DNA from: Octopus sinensis
Lineage: Eukaryota
Length of the DNA stretch: 64,000 nucleotides
NCBI RefSeq assembly: GCF_006345805.1
Contig: NC_043015.1
Location: 43,152,001-43,216,000 of the forward strand
Direction of reading: 5' to 3'
Shown here: in pieces, positions 50,221-63,709 of the stretch
How the letters are laid out: the number at the start of each line of letters is the position of its first letter
How positions within the stretch are numbered: position 1 is the stretch's first letter
Program-made: the position numbers and the translations under genes
Notes under the pieces: generated by a model
The model's input: the letters and a program-made list of their open reading frames with translations, nothing else
Databases searched by the model: none
What the model was told of the DNA's origin: nothing

Positions 50221-51870
50221 TGCTCTAACTCGTCTGTGTCGAAATAAATTATCCTTCTATTGAGCTCTTTTAATACATCTCAAAACACGACTTCTTCCTA
50301 TTATTACAGAGGAAATAATTGTTTTCTCTCCTCCTCACATCTTTTATTATTACTAACGATTGTTGTTCTGCCGCCAGGGTCGCAGCTTTTTCCTCTTTTT
50401 TTATATATCCATTCGAGGATCGATTAAATATATATCCCAGTCAAATACTGATTGTGTATTCGAATTAATCGATTTACTACACACGTACATACTCCTCGCA
50501 TACAAGGGAACCTCGATAAGCAGAGGAAAGAAGGATCTGGTAGCTTGTTCTGCTAAAAATAGAACGAATTCTCATAAACACACAGACACACACATGCACC
50601 TACCTCGCATATACGAAAGAGGAAGGATCTGTTCGCCCGATCTGCCTAAAATAGCAGCAAAATCTCGTACATCGCATAAATGAAAAAGCCCCGATAGGTC
50701 GAGGAAAGAGGGATCTGGTCGCTCAAGCTGCTAAAAATAGCAGCAAAAATTTCATACAAATCATAACCGCTAATTAAAATAAGAAAAATGGAACATTAAC
50801 ACATCGATTCCAGTGATGTAGCCCTTAGATAAACTGTCTAAAATATACCCGATGATCACGATAGGAAAACTTTGAACCCTAGGCCAGCTGGATCAGAACT
50901 AGTCCGGGGCCTAGACAGGATTGAACATCACATACATGTATAAAATGTGTTTCTTTTAGCAATCATTAATTGCTGTCTTTTTCTGGTTTTTGTTTTAATC
51001 AATCCTGCAATCTGCTCCCTACCTAACTACAGTTATTAAAACATTTAAGAGTAATGATTGTTATATCGCAAGTGAATCCAAAAGACCACACACTCGACAT
51101 TATTAATAAAATGCGAGACAGAGGTGGTCGTGTGATAAAAGAGAGAAAAATTAAAATTGAGAAGGTAACCCAGAAGAACGGACCGAGAATCCACAACCTG
51201 TTTTTTTCGTTTCTTTTCTTTCTCAAACATACCATACACTTACACATTCATAAAGTCTTTCATACAGACCAATTCTCGTTCACATATACTCCTCCACATT
51301 ATTATATATATATATATCTCTTCTCTCCTACACATTTCTCTCTCACACACACACAGACATACTCGTTCGTTCTCTCTCTGACACATACATACACTGTCAC
51401 ATAAGCATACAAATTGTCTGTCACACAAATACACACAATCTCTCTCGCATACATACTCTCTCTTTCACATGCACACATACATACTCCCTATCACATATAC
51501 ATATTCACTCTCCCTCACACACACAAAAGCACTTTCATACACTCTGATACACACTCCCTCACACACTCTTTCAGGCATACACCCTCCTCTCACACATACA
51601 TTCTCTTTCGTACACATACTCACATATACACCCGAACTCTTTCACACATACACACATCCTCTCTCACTCTCTCTCTCTCTCTCCCTTTCTTTCTTTCTCA
51701 CATATACCTCTATCGACAGTTAGCGAACAGATTATGGATTAGAGAAGGGTGAATTATCGGATATGGAAGGAAAGGTGGCTAAACAAACGGTGGTTGTTGA
51801 TTAGGCCAAGGTTAACCGTGATCGAGTAAGCTTGTTGTAACCGAAGGGATTCCAATAGAGGCCATCCCAT

Positions 51871-51940
<70 letters not shown>

Positions 51941-51994
51941 CATATATATATAGGGAGAGAGAGAGGACGGGGTGTATTAAAAACTAATTTATAT

Positions 51995-52054
<60 letters not shown>

Positions 52055-54643
52055 GTAGATAGATAGGTAGGTAGGTTGATAGGTAGGTAGATAGATAACT
52101 ACACTATCCGAAGTTTCCTTCCTGATCTAAGATGATAGAACTTGTGTGGGGTATAGCCGCTATTAAATAATGGTATAAGGTCGAGCGACTGCGTAGAGTG
52201 TCTTCCTTCGTTGGTTTCGGAATCTCCTCTGTTTCGTTGGTTAGTTACTGCTGGGTCAAGGTGTCTACACACACACACATACACACGCACATATATATAT
52301 CAGAAACGAGAGAGAAAGTGAGACAGGAAAGGAGGGAGGGGGGAATGTCTTGGCTTATTCCCAAAAGACAGAAAACAACGTCTTTGAATAATACCAACGA
52401 ATAATAAAAACACGAAATTCTGAAGATCTGGTGCGACTGTTATAGGAAATTTATTGAAAATACGTCACAGCCCTATGATTTGTTTTCTTTTGTTATTTTT
52501 TTTCATCTACATTAAATTTTCAAATCATATAAATATGTTATAACAAGCCATATAAATAAATCTTTTAATAATTGCTTCTAGCATTGGCGGGAGGGTGTTA
52601 GTCGATAAGGGCGACCCCAGTACTCAATAGGTACTTCATTTTATCGATCTTGAGAGGATGAAAGACAAAGCTGACCTCGGCAGGATATATATGAGCTCAG
52701 AAAGAAAAGAGACGAGAATTAAGACCCAAGGGCAACAATTTTTGAGGAAGGATATGGGATTAGTCGATTATATCGTTTCTCAATAATACTGGATCGATAC
52801 TTTTATTTTACCGACCCCGAGAATATAAATGGCAAAGTTGATCTTAAGGCAGCATTCGAACTCAGAATGTAAAAGCCGCGAAGTATGACGACGATGATTA
52901 TTAATTTAGACACAAGACCATTAATTTTAGATTGTAGTGGCGATGGTGAAGGTGGTGGGGAGGGTATTAACTGATATTATTGAAATTTTACTTTATTTAT
53001 CGACCCCCCAGAGAGTTGGCTGAAAGACGTAATTTATCTGTGGGATTTGAACTCAGAATGTAAAAGGCCGGAAAGAATGATGATAATAATAATAATAATA
53101 ATAGTAATAATAATTTCATCGTTTATTATAAAGACAACAGACACAAACACTTCAATATACAACAGGGTTCTTTTATTCCATACTTCAAATTTCCAGACAA
53201 ATCTATCGGATTAGACATGAAGACGCAAAACACACACACGTTGCTCGATAATTGACGACGATGATGATAATATCCTTTGACAATCGTTCAGATTTTGTAG
53301 AGAAAGGTGTGGGAAACGAGAATGTTGTGGCTAACATACCGTTAACAATACATAATTGACACTCTTGGTGGAACGAGTTCACCAAATCAAACCGTTTAAA
53401 TTCCCAGCTGGAATCATTTCTCTTCTCACTAAATTGCATTGGGAAAATATCTGTGTTATCTACACGCAATATCCCGCACCCTTTCTTTATATATGCTATT
53501 GTGATCATCATCATCATCACTATTATTATTATTTCCTGTAAATCTCTCACCTTGAGTCTGGTGTAGAGCAAAAAAAAATCAATAACGGAAAATGAAAATA
53601 TAAATAATAATAATAATAATAATAATATCGATGATGTTTTGTGTCTTTGAAATACATTGGAATACTGCCATTTATTATTATTATTATTATTATTATTATA
53701 TTATTATTATTATTATTTTGGTGAGGTGGAAGAAGAGGGCGAAGTCGATTTGGATGAATAAACCCGGTGCTTGAATTTTATCGATCTCAGAAGGATGAAA
53801 AAGGCAAACAGCAATAATTTCCTCCGACCAGGCGAAAGGCCAACTCCCATTAGGGATCAGATCGATATTAACTGATATTTGTTCGATCAACCTTGTTAGG
53901 TATATATATATATAAAGACAAAAAGCTGACCTTGCTGGGGCCTCGGAAGTTCTTTCAAAAGAAAGAGGGGGTCAGAGAAACAAGATATTATCCCGGATTA
54001 AAACTATTAAACAGTTGTCTAAACGGATATCTTGGCAGTTATTTTAAATCATTTTAAGAAAAACGAATAGAGAATTTAAAAAAACAAAAATCTGCTGGGT
54101 TAATCGAGAAAATTCCGGTGGTTGAAAAAAAAGCATTTAAAAAGGTGAGAGGAACCAAATTGTGAAGTTGTGTCGTTCATGTATTTCCCTTTTTCCTGGA
54201 TGCTGGCAACGTACGCGAAATGAAAAAAATCACGGAGCACGTGACTGTTGTTTTTGTAAGGATGGTTCGATGAGAAATCGATATCTTTTACCAAGTAGAT
54301 ACTGATCTCATTGGATCTCGGAGAAACACCCTGTACCCCCCCTGCTCCTTCATAATTTAGTCGTTTGCAGTCCTGTTGTTATTGTTTTCATTTTTATAAA
54401 TTATTGTTTAAGAAAGATACAAGACCCAGCACAGACAACAAAAACAGCAGCAGCAGCTTGTGCCAGTGTTTCAGGTTCAATTTCCACCGGTAACCGACTT
54501 ACTACTCCAGGACTGACAGAACAACCTCCGCTCAACCATGTACGATGTCGGTCGTAGTCATTTCGCCCCCAAATCAGCTCCTGGACTACTAGACCTATAA
54601 ACATAGAGACATTCCACCTACGACTATCACGTTTATTTTGTTA

Positions 54644-54833
54644 GGGCAGCGAGCTGGCAGAAACGTTAGCACGCCGGTCGAAATGCGTTGCCGTTACGTT
54701 CTGAGTTCAAATTCCGCCGAGGTTGACTTTGCCTTTCATCCTTTCGGGGTCGATAAATTAAGTACCAGTTACGCACTGGGGTCGATGTAATCGACTTAAT
54801 CCGTTTGTCTGTCCTTCTGTGGGTAGTAAAGAA
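54644..54833 (+). mobile_element. SINE family B
   Basis: Matches family B. Confidence 0.9.
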
Positions 54834-55317
54834 ATTTTTTTTTTCGGCTATAATGTTTTCAAGATATAAATATTTAAAAAAAATATAAGCAATGTATCAA
54901 TTACTGATGTAATCCTTCCACCCGCAAGAAACAATAGCTAAACATCCCATAAATCTCACCCTGATAAGATACTGGCCATTATCGTTTAACCCCCAGACTA
55001 ACTCCGATCAGGTTGACCTATTATAAAGGGCACTTCAACAGTGACCGTCCAGTTTTACGTTAAAACAGCGTATATAGGTAACTGTTCAACGTGTCCAGCC
55101 ACGTTTGAGACAACAAAATGTGATTAACGAGGGAGTTTAGGGTACGAGTTGAATTGGGGAGGTATTTGCTGCTGCTTCTAGCAAGTTGAGCATCCACATA
55201 GAGGACTCCCTTTCAATTGTTTTATTCCCAGGTCAGATCCGATCAAAGTAAACCTATGATCATCAGAGATCAAGCAATAACCACCTCGCATTAATTTAAG
55301 ACATAGTATATATACAC

Positions 55318-55516
55318 TATTTCTTTACTACCCACAAGGGCTACACACAGAGGAGACAAACAAGGACAGACAAACGAATTAAGTCGATTACATCGACCCC
55401 AGTGCGTAAATGGTACTTAATTTATCGACCCCGAAAGGATGAAAAGCAAAGTCGACCTCGGCGGAATTTGAACCCAGAACGTAACGGCAGACGAAATACC
55501 GCTAAGCATTTCGCCC
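55318..55516 (-). mobile_element. SINE family B, 5'-truncated
   Basis: Matches family B. Confidence 0.9.
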
Positions 55517-56842
55517 ATATATATATATATATATGTATATATATCCACAGTACCCCCATTAAATTTTGTGGGTAGGAGGGACATATTGGACGTTTCTTTT
55601 CTTTTTATGTGGTGTTGTGTAGGAAAGCAAATAGAACACATTTTCCATTATCAAATCGTAACGAACATCGTAAAACATGACAAATATGTTTATAGTGTAC
55701 AGTTTAAATGTGTGTGTGTGTGTGTACACGCACATATATGATCAGAATGGGTGGAAAAAAAATAATAAACAGTAAATGGAATGAACCACAGTAATTTCAG
55801 GAGTAGATATTTCGGGGGAGATGTTTTCCTATGTTAATAAAACAAACCGGTTTCATTTCATACATAAGGGTTGGAGAATTGAAACCGGGTCGCTGGCTCG
55901 GCCTTCGCCGGAACGTATCCATGTCTGCTTTACGGCGCTCTCGGAAATCTTAATAAACAATGATCAACTCTTTTACTTTACAGATATTAAGTTTTATGCC
56001 TCACAAGGGAAAGGAATACGAGACCGTGTAATGGATATCCATGCCTGTCTCTCAAATGGAAAAAACGTGATCATTACAATATGACTTAGAGGGAATCGAA
56101 GAGGGACTCGCCGGAAGTTATTCATTATTAAATGGAACTCGTCGAAGAAATACGAAAGTTTATTTAAAAAATCAGAAACAATATAATGTATTTATATAGA
56201 AATATAGAATAAAAAAAGGAATGAAGTCATGATACGTTTATGCCTTTCTTGATTGATATTACAAAGCAGTATGTCGAACAAAGCTGTTTCAAGCAGGGGA
56301 ACGAAACCGGGTTACAGGATTAGGATTGCCCCGGAAGTTGGGAAACCTCCGTGTTACAGCGCGGATCGAAATGAATTATTTTTTATAGATACAAAGCCAA
56401 AAAAAAATTATATAATAATGTGGAGGTGAGACTGTATGATGTTCATGCCTTTCTCGTGGACATTAGATGTTAAAACTCAAGTGAGATAATAATAATAACA
56501 ACAGCAGGGAAATTGTGACAGAAAGTCGAAGACATGGGTCGGCGGAAGTCCAGGTCACAAAAGCGATTCTTCCCATCGAGGGGTCAAAGGATTAATTAAT
56601 TATTTGGTCAATTTATAAGAGAAAAGGGAGGAATGGAAAATACATTGGGTATAACCTGAGATTTTTGCAGAAACAAATCCGATATGACATGTAAACTAAA
56701 AAGAAAAAACACATCCTACATCTAAATATTAAACATTTATTTTCTTTTCTTTCTTTTTATTTATCAATTATTTTTTTTTTTTTTAATAAATATGAAAATC
56801 TTCAAATCAGACAGAAAAAAATAAAAAGCAGGTTTTTCTTAC

Positions 56843-56941
56843 CTCCTGTTCACTTTCATCCCTGAAACATAGGCAGGCTGCCCGTCTTCGAAAACCTTCT
56901 TCATCGTACGTCCTTAGAGTTTTCGTTTTTTGCTTAACCAT
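56843..56941 (-). CDS. NUDT3: First coding exon (33 aa) of a diphosphoinositol polyphosphate phosphohydrolase, Nudix DIPP family (NUDT3/NUDT4/Aps-like)
   Basis: Translates to MVKQKTKTLRTYDEEGFRRRAACLCFRDESEQE, matching the DIPP N-terminus (human NUDT3 MMKLKSNQTRTYDGDGYKKRAACLCFRSESEEE, from memory). It ends at a phase-0 donor GAG|GTAAG after exactly 99 nt. The symbol is family-level; paralog identity cannot be resolved. Confidence 0.93.
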
Positions 56942-57792
56942 ATCAGTGGTACCCTGAAGAATTTTGGTAAGATTTCTGAATCCTTCTTTCTGTCCTTCCA
57001 ATTTCTTCGGGTTTTTTTTTTAATATTAATATTAATTTATAGTAATTTATTTTGATTCAATTTTATTATATTTTCCGGGCTTTTGTGTATATTATTATTA
57101 TTATTATTGTTACAGTTTGTTCTTGTTTTTTCTTCTTGATTTTATTTCTTTGATATTTATATTTATATGTATATTTCCTCGTGTTTTACTTTGTTGGAAC
57201 TGATTATCATCATCATCATAATCATCATCATTATTATTATTATTATTAACAATTAAATATCATTAATAACAACAGCAAATAACAATGTGATGATAGAACG
57301 ACGGTGAGGAAGATAGAATGACAAAAAAAAAAAGGAAAGAGTAAAATGAAGATGAGATCTAAGAGAGAATGGGATCTAAGGGAGAATGGGTCAGTGTGTG
57401 AAGAGTGTAAAAGAAAGAATATTTATCTAAAACTGCGAAGAGATGAAGAAAGACAGTGTGTGTGTGTGTATGTATGTATATGTATGTATATGTGTGTGTG
57501 TGTGACTGAGAATGAATGAGTGGGAAATGTGACAAACAACAACAACAATAACAAAGAACTGGACAAGAAGGGAGATCAAACAACGGTTGTGGCGGGGGTG
57601 ACACCTGATCCACGTGCTGCTAGGGCGGCAACGGCGGAGAAGGATGTCTCAGTTTGTCTACAGCTGTTGTTGTTGTGGTTATTATTATTATTATTATAGT
57701 AGTTGTTTATATGGTAGTGGTGGTGGTGGTGGAGGTTATTGTTGTTGATGGTGGCGGCGATGTGTTGTTGTGAGTGTGGGGCAGGTTATTAT

Positions 57793-57827
<35 letters not shown>

Positions 57828-58499
57828 TTAGCGGTCAGAACACGGAGAGGAGCGACAGCTGGTTTGCTGGAAATAGAAGAGGAAGGAAGGAGGAAGCCGA
57901 CGAAGTCGGAGAGAGGAGACGTACAACAGCAACAACAAGAACAACAATTATTACTATTACTATTATTGTTGTTATTGTTATTATTATTATTATTATCACG
58001 ACTACAAACACGGTGGCGATTGCGATGACAATGGTGATGTGTGTAACAACGACGACGATGACGACAATGATGATGATGATGACAGAAAGTAAAAGGAAGA
58101 GATAGAGAACAAATGGAAGAGGAAGGAGCAGGGCAACGAGGAGAGGCTTTGGCTTTTTCGGAACTGATATTACTGGCGCCCCGTACAACACCTTTAGCCA
58201 TTTTCTGCCTGGCAACCACCACGGTGATTATTGCCACTGCTCGGGTTTGTGGCAGAAGAGGTCGAGGAGCAGAGGAGCTGAAGTGATTTATATACACAGA
58301 CAGACGAGTATATAGTGTGTTCAGACATATGGGTAAATTATGTGTCTAACTAAGAAGTATATACATATATATATCACACATGACGTACGTATATGTAAAG
58401 GTGCGTGATTGAAAGAAGAATAAAGGTGTATAAATGTATATATAAACGTGTCTGTGTGCTGTGTGGTGTGTAGAAAGAATGAGAGAATAGAAGAAAGCT

Positions 58500-58850
58500 G
58501 CGTGTGTATATATATGTATGTATAATAAGAAATTGTATGAACGGGTATGAGATGTATGTAGAAAATCTGTGTAGTGTATGAGGTGTATTTAATAGAGAAT
58601 GTATATGTGTGTATATATGTGTATTTGTAGATCTATTAAAGTATGGGTGTAAAGAACAACGTATGTTTATGTGTGTGTATATATGTATATATAATAAGAA
58701 AATGTATGAACGGGTATGAGGTATATGTAGAAAATCTGTGTAGTGTATGAGGTGTATTTAATAGAGAATGTATATGTGTGTATATGTATGTGTATTGGTA
58801 GATCTATTAAAGTATGGGTGTAAAGAACAACGTATGTTTATGTGTATGTG
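58500..58850. repeat. ~170-bp tandem duplication
   Basis: ATAATAAGAAA.TGTATGAACGGGTATGAG...GTAGATCTATTAAAGTATGGGTGTAAAGAACAACGTATGTTTATG occurs twice. Confidence 0.9.
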
Positions 58851-59584
58851 TGTAGATGTTGGTGTATATTTCTGTCTATGTACATGAACGTATGTCGAGG
58901 ATAGTCCGACCTAAGAAAATTAGATGTCGGTGTGTGTGTATGTGTGTGTATAACCAACCTTACTGAACAAAAACTAAAAAGGTGGTTGAGTTATTGTGTA
59001 GTTTAGATCTTTGGTTACCAAGATTCCAAATGTGTTCTTGCTGTTGGTGCTTCTGATGATGATGATGCTGCTGGCTGAATACACTTGTGAGTGTAAGGAA
59101 GAAAAACAAGTAATACGGACATAGAATGCGGCTAACCCGGCCCAGGGCTTCCACATACGAGCCCGGTAGGTCGCCTTGGAAGTCCATTTAGAGGCTTAAA
59201 AAATAAATAACACCGGTTAACACGGGGAAAAGAAAATAAAAAAAAATACGCAAAAAATATAAAAAAAAGGAAGTTTTCTTTTGTGTTTTTTTTGCTTCTG
59301 TTGTTTTTTTCTGAAGACAAAACAACAATTAAAAATAACCAGTCCGGTTTGGACCGGAATAGTTCGGCTACGTTGGGATTGACATGAAAAATAAATTAGT
59401 GTATAATATTTAAAAAAATAATTATAATTAATTAATTAATTAATTAATTAAGGGGCAGCAATTACCTCCACTGAGGTGTGTGTGATATATATATATAGAG
59501 AGAGATATAGATATATATATATATATATATCTTATATATGGATATATATATATAATTATATATGTATGTATGTATATATATATG

Positions 59585-59623
<39 letters not shown>

Positions 59624-60479
59624 GTGGGGGTGTATGAGAGAGTAAAGTTAGTGTTTGTAATTAAGAAAATAAAGGGGAAAAAAGCAAAAGTGACAACAGA
59701 GGTGGGTTTCTTTTTACCTTAAGTTTCGTGCTTTGAGTAATTCCTTTATATATATATAAATATAAATATATATATATATAGATAGATAGATATATAGATT
59801 TCTTGACTCTCCCCTTGTCTCAAAAATACTGGAAAACAATAAATATATACGTAGTAGTAATAATACTAATAATAATAATGGATAATTCAGCGGTGAAATA
59901 GATCCTCGCTATACCTCCTCGCAACCCCCATTGCTTGTCCCCTCTCTTCTCCCTCCCCGTTAGATAAATCCACTCCTCATGTGTATATTGCATACATACA
60001 TATCATATACATACATATATACACTTATATATATATGTATATATATATATAGTGCTATGTATGTGTGTTTGTTGTGTTATATGAATAGGTTAGTGCTTGG
60101 TTTTTTTGTGATTTTTGCTGTTGTATGTCCTTCGATCGTATAAATCTGGGGTGAATGGCACCAGGAGTGTCTTTTTGTGTTATTGTGTTGGGTTTTTTTC
60201 TTTTAAATTAACAGACAGTGTTAATTGTTTTCTGTTTTGCTTTGTTTTTGTCTTTTTGTTTTGTTGTTGTTGTTTTTTTTTTCCAGTGGTGGTGGTGGTG
60301 TGGTGCGTGCGTGCAGCTGACGGCGGCTGCACACTTTTGGTAATGTAACCAACAACCTTATAAGAGGAGGAGAAGAAGAAGACTTGAATATAAACTAAAC
60401 CGAAAGCCAAACCAAGAATATTTTAAATGGCTTTGGCGCTGTTGGCTTGTTAACCAGCGTAGAGTAGTCTACCCTTGTT

Positions 60480-60480
60480 T

Positions 60481-60511
<31 letters not shown>

Positions 60512-62071
60512 AGAAATACGAGAGGGAAAAGAAAGATAGATAATGAGTGAGTGAGTGAGAGAGAGGAAAGAAATAGAAGAGCGAAAAGGAAGATAGATCG
60601 TGAGTGAGTGAGTGAGAAAGAGAGAGAGGAAAGGAATAGAAGAGGGAAAAGAAAGATAGAGCGTGAGAGAGAGAGAAAGAGGAAAGGAATAGAAGAGGGA
60701 AAAGAAAGATAGATCGTGAGTGAGTGAGTGATCGTAGTGAGAGAGAGAGAGGAGAGAAATAGAAGAGGGAAAAGAAAGGTAGATCGTGAGTGAGTGAGTG
60801 AGAAAGAGAGAGAGAGGAAAGGAATAGAAGAGGGAAAAGAAAGATAGAGCGTGAGAGAGAGAGAAAGAGGAAAGGAATAGAAGAGGGAAAAGAAAGATAG
60901 ATCGTGAGTGAGTGAGTGATCGTAGTGAGAGAGAGAGAGGAGAGAAATAGAAGAGGGAAAAGAAAGAAGATCGTGAGTGAGTGAGAGAAGAGAGAAATAG
61001 AAGAGGGGAAAGAGAGATAGATCGTAGTGAGAGAGAGAGGAGAGAAATAGAAGAAGGAAAATAAAGATAGATTGTGAGTGAAAGAGAGAGAAGAGAGAAA
61101 TAGAAGAGGGAAAATAAAGATAGATTATGAGTGAGAGAGAGAGAAGAGAGAAATAGAAGAGGGAAAATAAAGATAGATTGTGAGTGAGAGAGAAGAGAGA
61201 AATAGAAGAGGGGGAAAAGAAAGATAGATCTTAGTGAGAGAGAGAGGGGAAAAGAAAGATAGATCGTAGTGAGAGAGGAAAGAAATAGAAGAGGGGAAAG
61301 AGAGATAGATCGTAGTGAGAGAGAGAGAGTAAAATCAGTAAAGGAAAAGGAATGAGGGTGGAGTAAAGAAAGTGAAAGAAGCATAAGTGTGAGGTAAGCT
61401 GTAGAAACAGAGAGATAGGGAAGAATGAGAGAGGGGGAGAGAAAGAACGGAGACAAAGTGATTCGGAACAAAGAGTGAGACGAAAGGGGAGGAAGGAGAC
61501 AAAGTGATTGAAAGTAAAAACGGAGGAAGAGCGACGACAAAGTGATAAGGAACAAAATGAGAGGTGGAAGAGAAGAGGATAGAGAACAATGAGAGGGTGA
61601 AAGGGGGAGAGAGAAAGTGATTGAGAGTAAAGTGAGAGAGGTAGAGAGTATTAATAGCAAATGTTGATGTCGAAGACGATAGATACACATGAAGATAGGA
61701 GACAAGGAATGATGGATGGATGGATAGAGAGAGAGAGAGAGGTAGATAGACGGAGAGAGAGAGAGAGAGAGAGAGGTAGATAGACAGAGAGATAGATAAA
61801 TGGATAGATAGATAGATAGATAGACAGACAGACAAAGAGAGATGGATGGATAGATAGATAGGCAGATAGAGAGAGAGAGAGAAAAATAGATAGAGAGATT
61901 AGATAGATAGATTGAGAGAGGGAGATAGATAGACAAACAGCCAGATAGATAGATAGATAGATAGACAGAGAGAGAGAGATATAGATAGACAGCCAGGTAG
62001 ATAGATAGATAGATTGATAGATAGATAGACAGAGAGAGAGAGCTAGATAGGTAGATAGATAGAGAGGTAGA

Positions 62072-62115
<44 letters not shown>

Positions 62116-62126
62116 TAGACAGACAA

Positions 62127-62163
<37 letters not shown>

Positions 62164-62487
62164 CAGAGAGAGAGCTAGATAGGTAGATAGATAGACAGAG
62201 AGAGAGAGCTAGATAGATAGATAGATAGATAGATAGATGGAGCTACTTATTGTAAGAAATCGAAAGGAGAAAAGAGAAATTTATTTAAGAGGTGAGACAG
62301 GATGGAAGTGAAAGTATACGGATAGAGATATAGAAAGTAAACGAACGATGTATAAACAGAAAAAGATGAGGAGAGAGAGAGAGAGAGGTGTTAGACTGAA
62401 AGTGTTGGCACGATATAGGTGTACGAGTATAAGAAAGATATAAACACAATGGTAGACGGAACGATAGAGATAATAATAGAAATAATG

Positions 62488-62523
<36 letters not shown>

Positions 62524-62579
62524 TAATAATGATAATAATAATGATAATAATAATGATGATAATAATAATAATAATAATA

Positions 62580-62614
<35 letters not shown>

Positions 62615-62676
62615 AGTGATGATGATGATGATAGTGATGATGATGATGATAATAATGATAATAATAATAATAATAA

Positions 62677-62707
<31 letters not shown>

Positions 62708-62810
62708 GTGATGAAGAAGAAGAAGAAGAAGGTGATGATGATGAAGAAGAAGAGAAGAAGAAGAAGAAGAAGGTGATGAAGAAGAAGAAGAAGAAGAAGA
62801 AGAAGAATTT
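60480..62810. repeat. Large upstream satellite block: GA-rich minisatellite, then (GATA)n, then (TAA)n/(TGA)n/(GAA)n
   Basis: Directly visible; source of the 485-aa S/L/F ORF. Confidence 0.95.
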
Positions 62811-63709
62811 TGGCACAAAGCCAGTAATTCTAAGGGAAGTAGTCGATCACATCGACTTTAGTATTTGATTGGTATTTTATTTTATTGAGCCCCCGAAAGG
62901 ATGGAAGGCAAAGTTTGTCTTCGGCGGAATTTGAACTCGAAACGAAACGAGCCTCGAGAAATGAATGTAGTGCTGAACAGGAGCAAAAGTAGAAGAAATT
63001 GAAAAGTAAATATGTTTGTAGTGATAATAATAAGATACATCGGAAGAGAGAGAGAGATGGTTTGAAAGACAGACAGGAAGATGGTAAGAGAGAGAGAGAG
63101 AGAGAGGAAAACACACTCGAGGAATGACAGAAAAGTCAGGCAGAGAGGAGATAAATAAATTCACGGTGTGAGGGTGATAAATAGATAGACAGATAGATAG
63201 ACAGAGAATGATAGCTAGAGAAAGAGAGAGACAGACAGACAAAGGAAAGTAGGAGAGAAGCTTTTTTGCAAATGCTTCTTGTACTGAGCAAGCGCTATCA
63301 GTTCTCTCTCTCTCTTTCTCTTTCTTCAGTTCTTCCTTTTTCTCTTTCTCTCATTCTTTCTTGCAACTGGAATGTGCATTCTTAAACAACAACCTACCTT
63401 ATATGATTTGTTGTGCCGATGGCTTGCTTAAAGTTCGTTTCTTGCCTATTTTTCTTAGTCTGATTATTGGGATTAAGAGAGGGAAGCTACCTCTGATTTC
63501 TTCACTTTTTTTTCTTTTTCTTTCTGAATGAAGACAAAAAAAAAATGGTATTTCGGGCCGCAGGTGATATATTTACATATAATTGTAATAGTATGCGTTT
63601 ATTTAACTCTCGTACACGTTTTCCGCTATTTTAGTCAATTGCTATGTTTGAATAACTGGCTCCAAGCATCAAATTGGGTATGTCAGTATACCCTAAATAA
63701 TAATAATAA

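Noticed and set aside
54401-54604. ORF with WLSGG...EIEPETLAQAA as DIPP exon 2
   Set aside because: Lacks the PGGG and REVxEE Nudix signature, and the frame is incompatible with the phase-0 donor.
56942-57001. N-terminal extension MEGQKEGFRNLTKILQGTTD from the ORF track
   Set aside because: It begins at a TTG; homology starts at the ATG at 56941.
57707-58297. 196-aa ORF upstream of the DIPP exon
   Set aside because: Dominated by poly-His/Asn/Cys/Thr from triplet repeats, with no recognisable homology.
60479-61936. 485-aa ORF, the longest in the track
   Set aside because: Ser/Leu/Phe low-complexity reading of a CT-rich satellite, with no domain.
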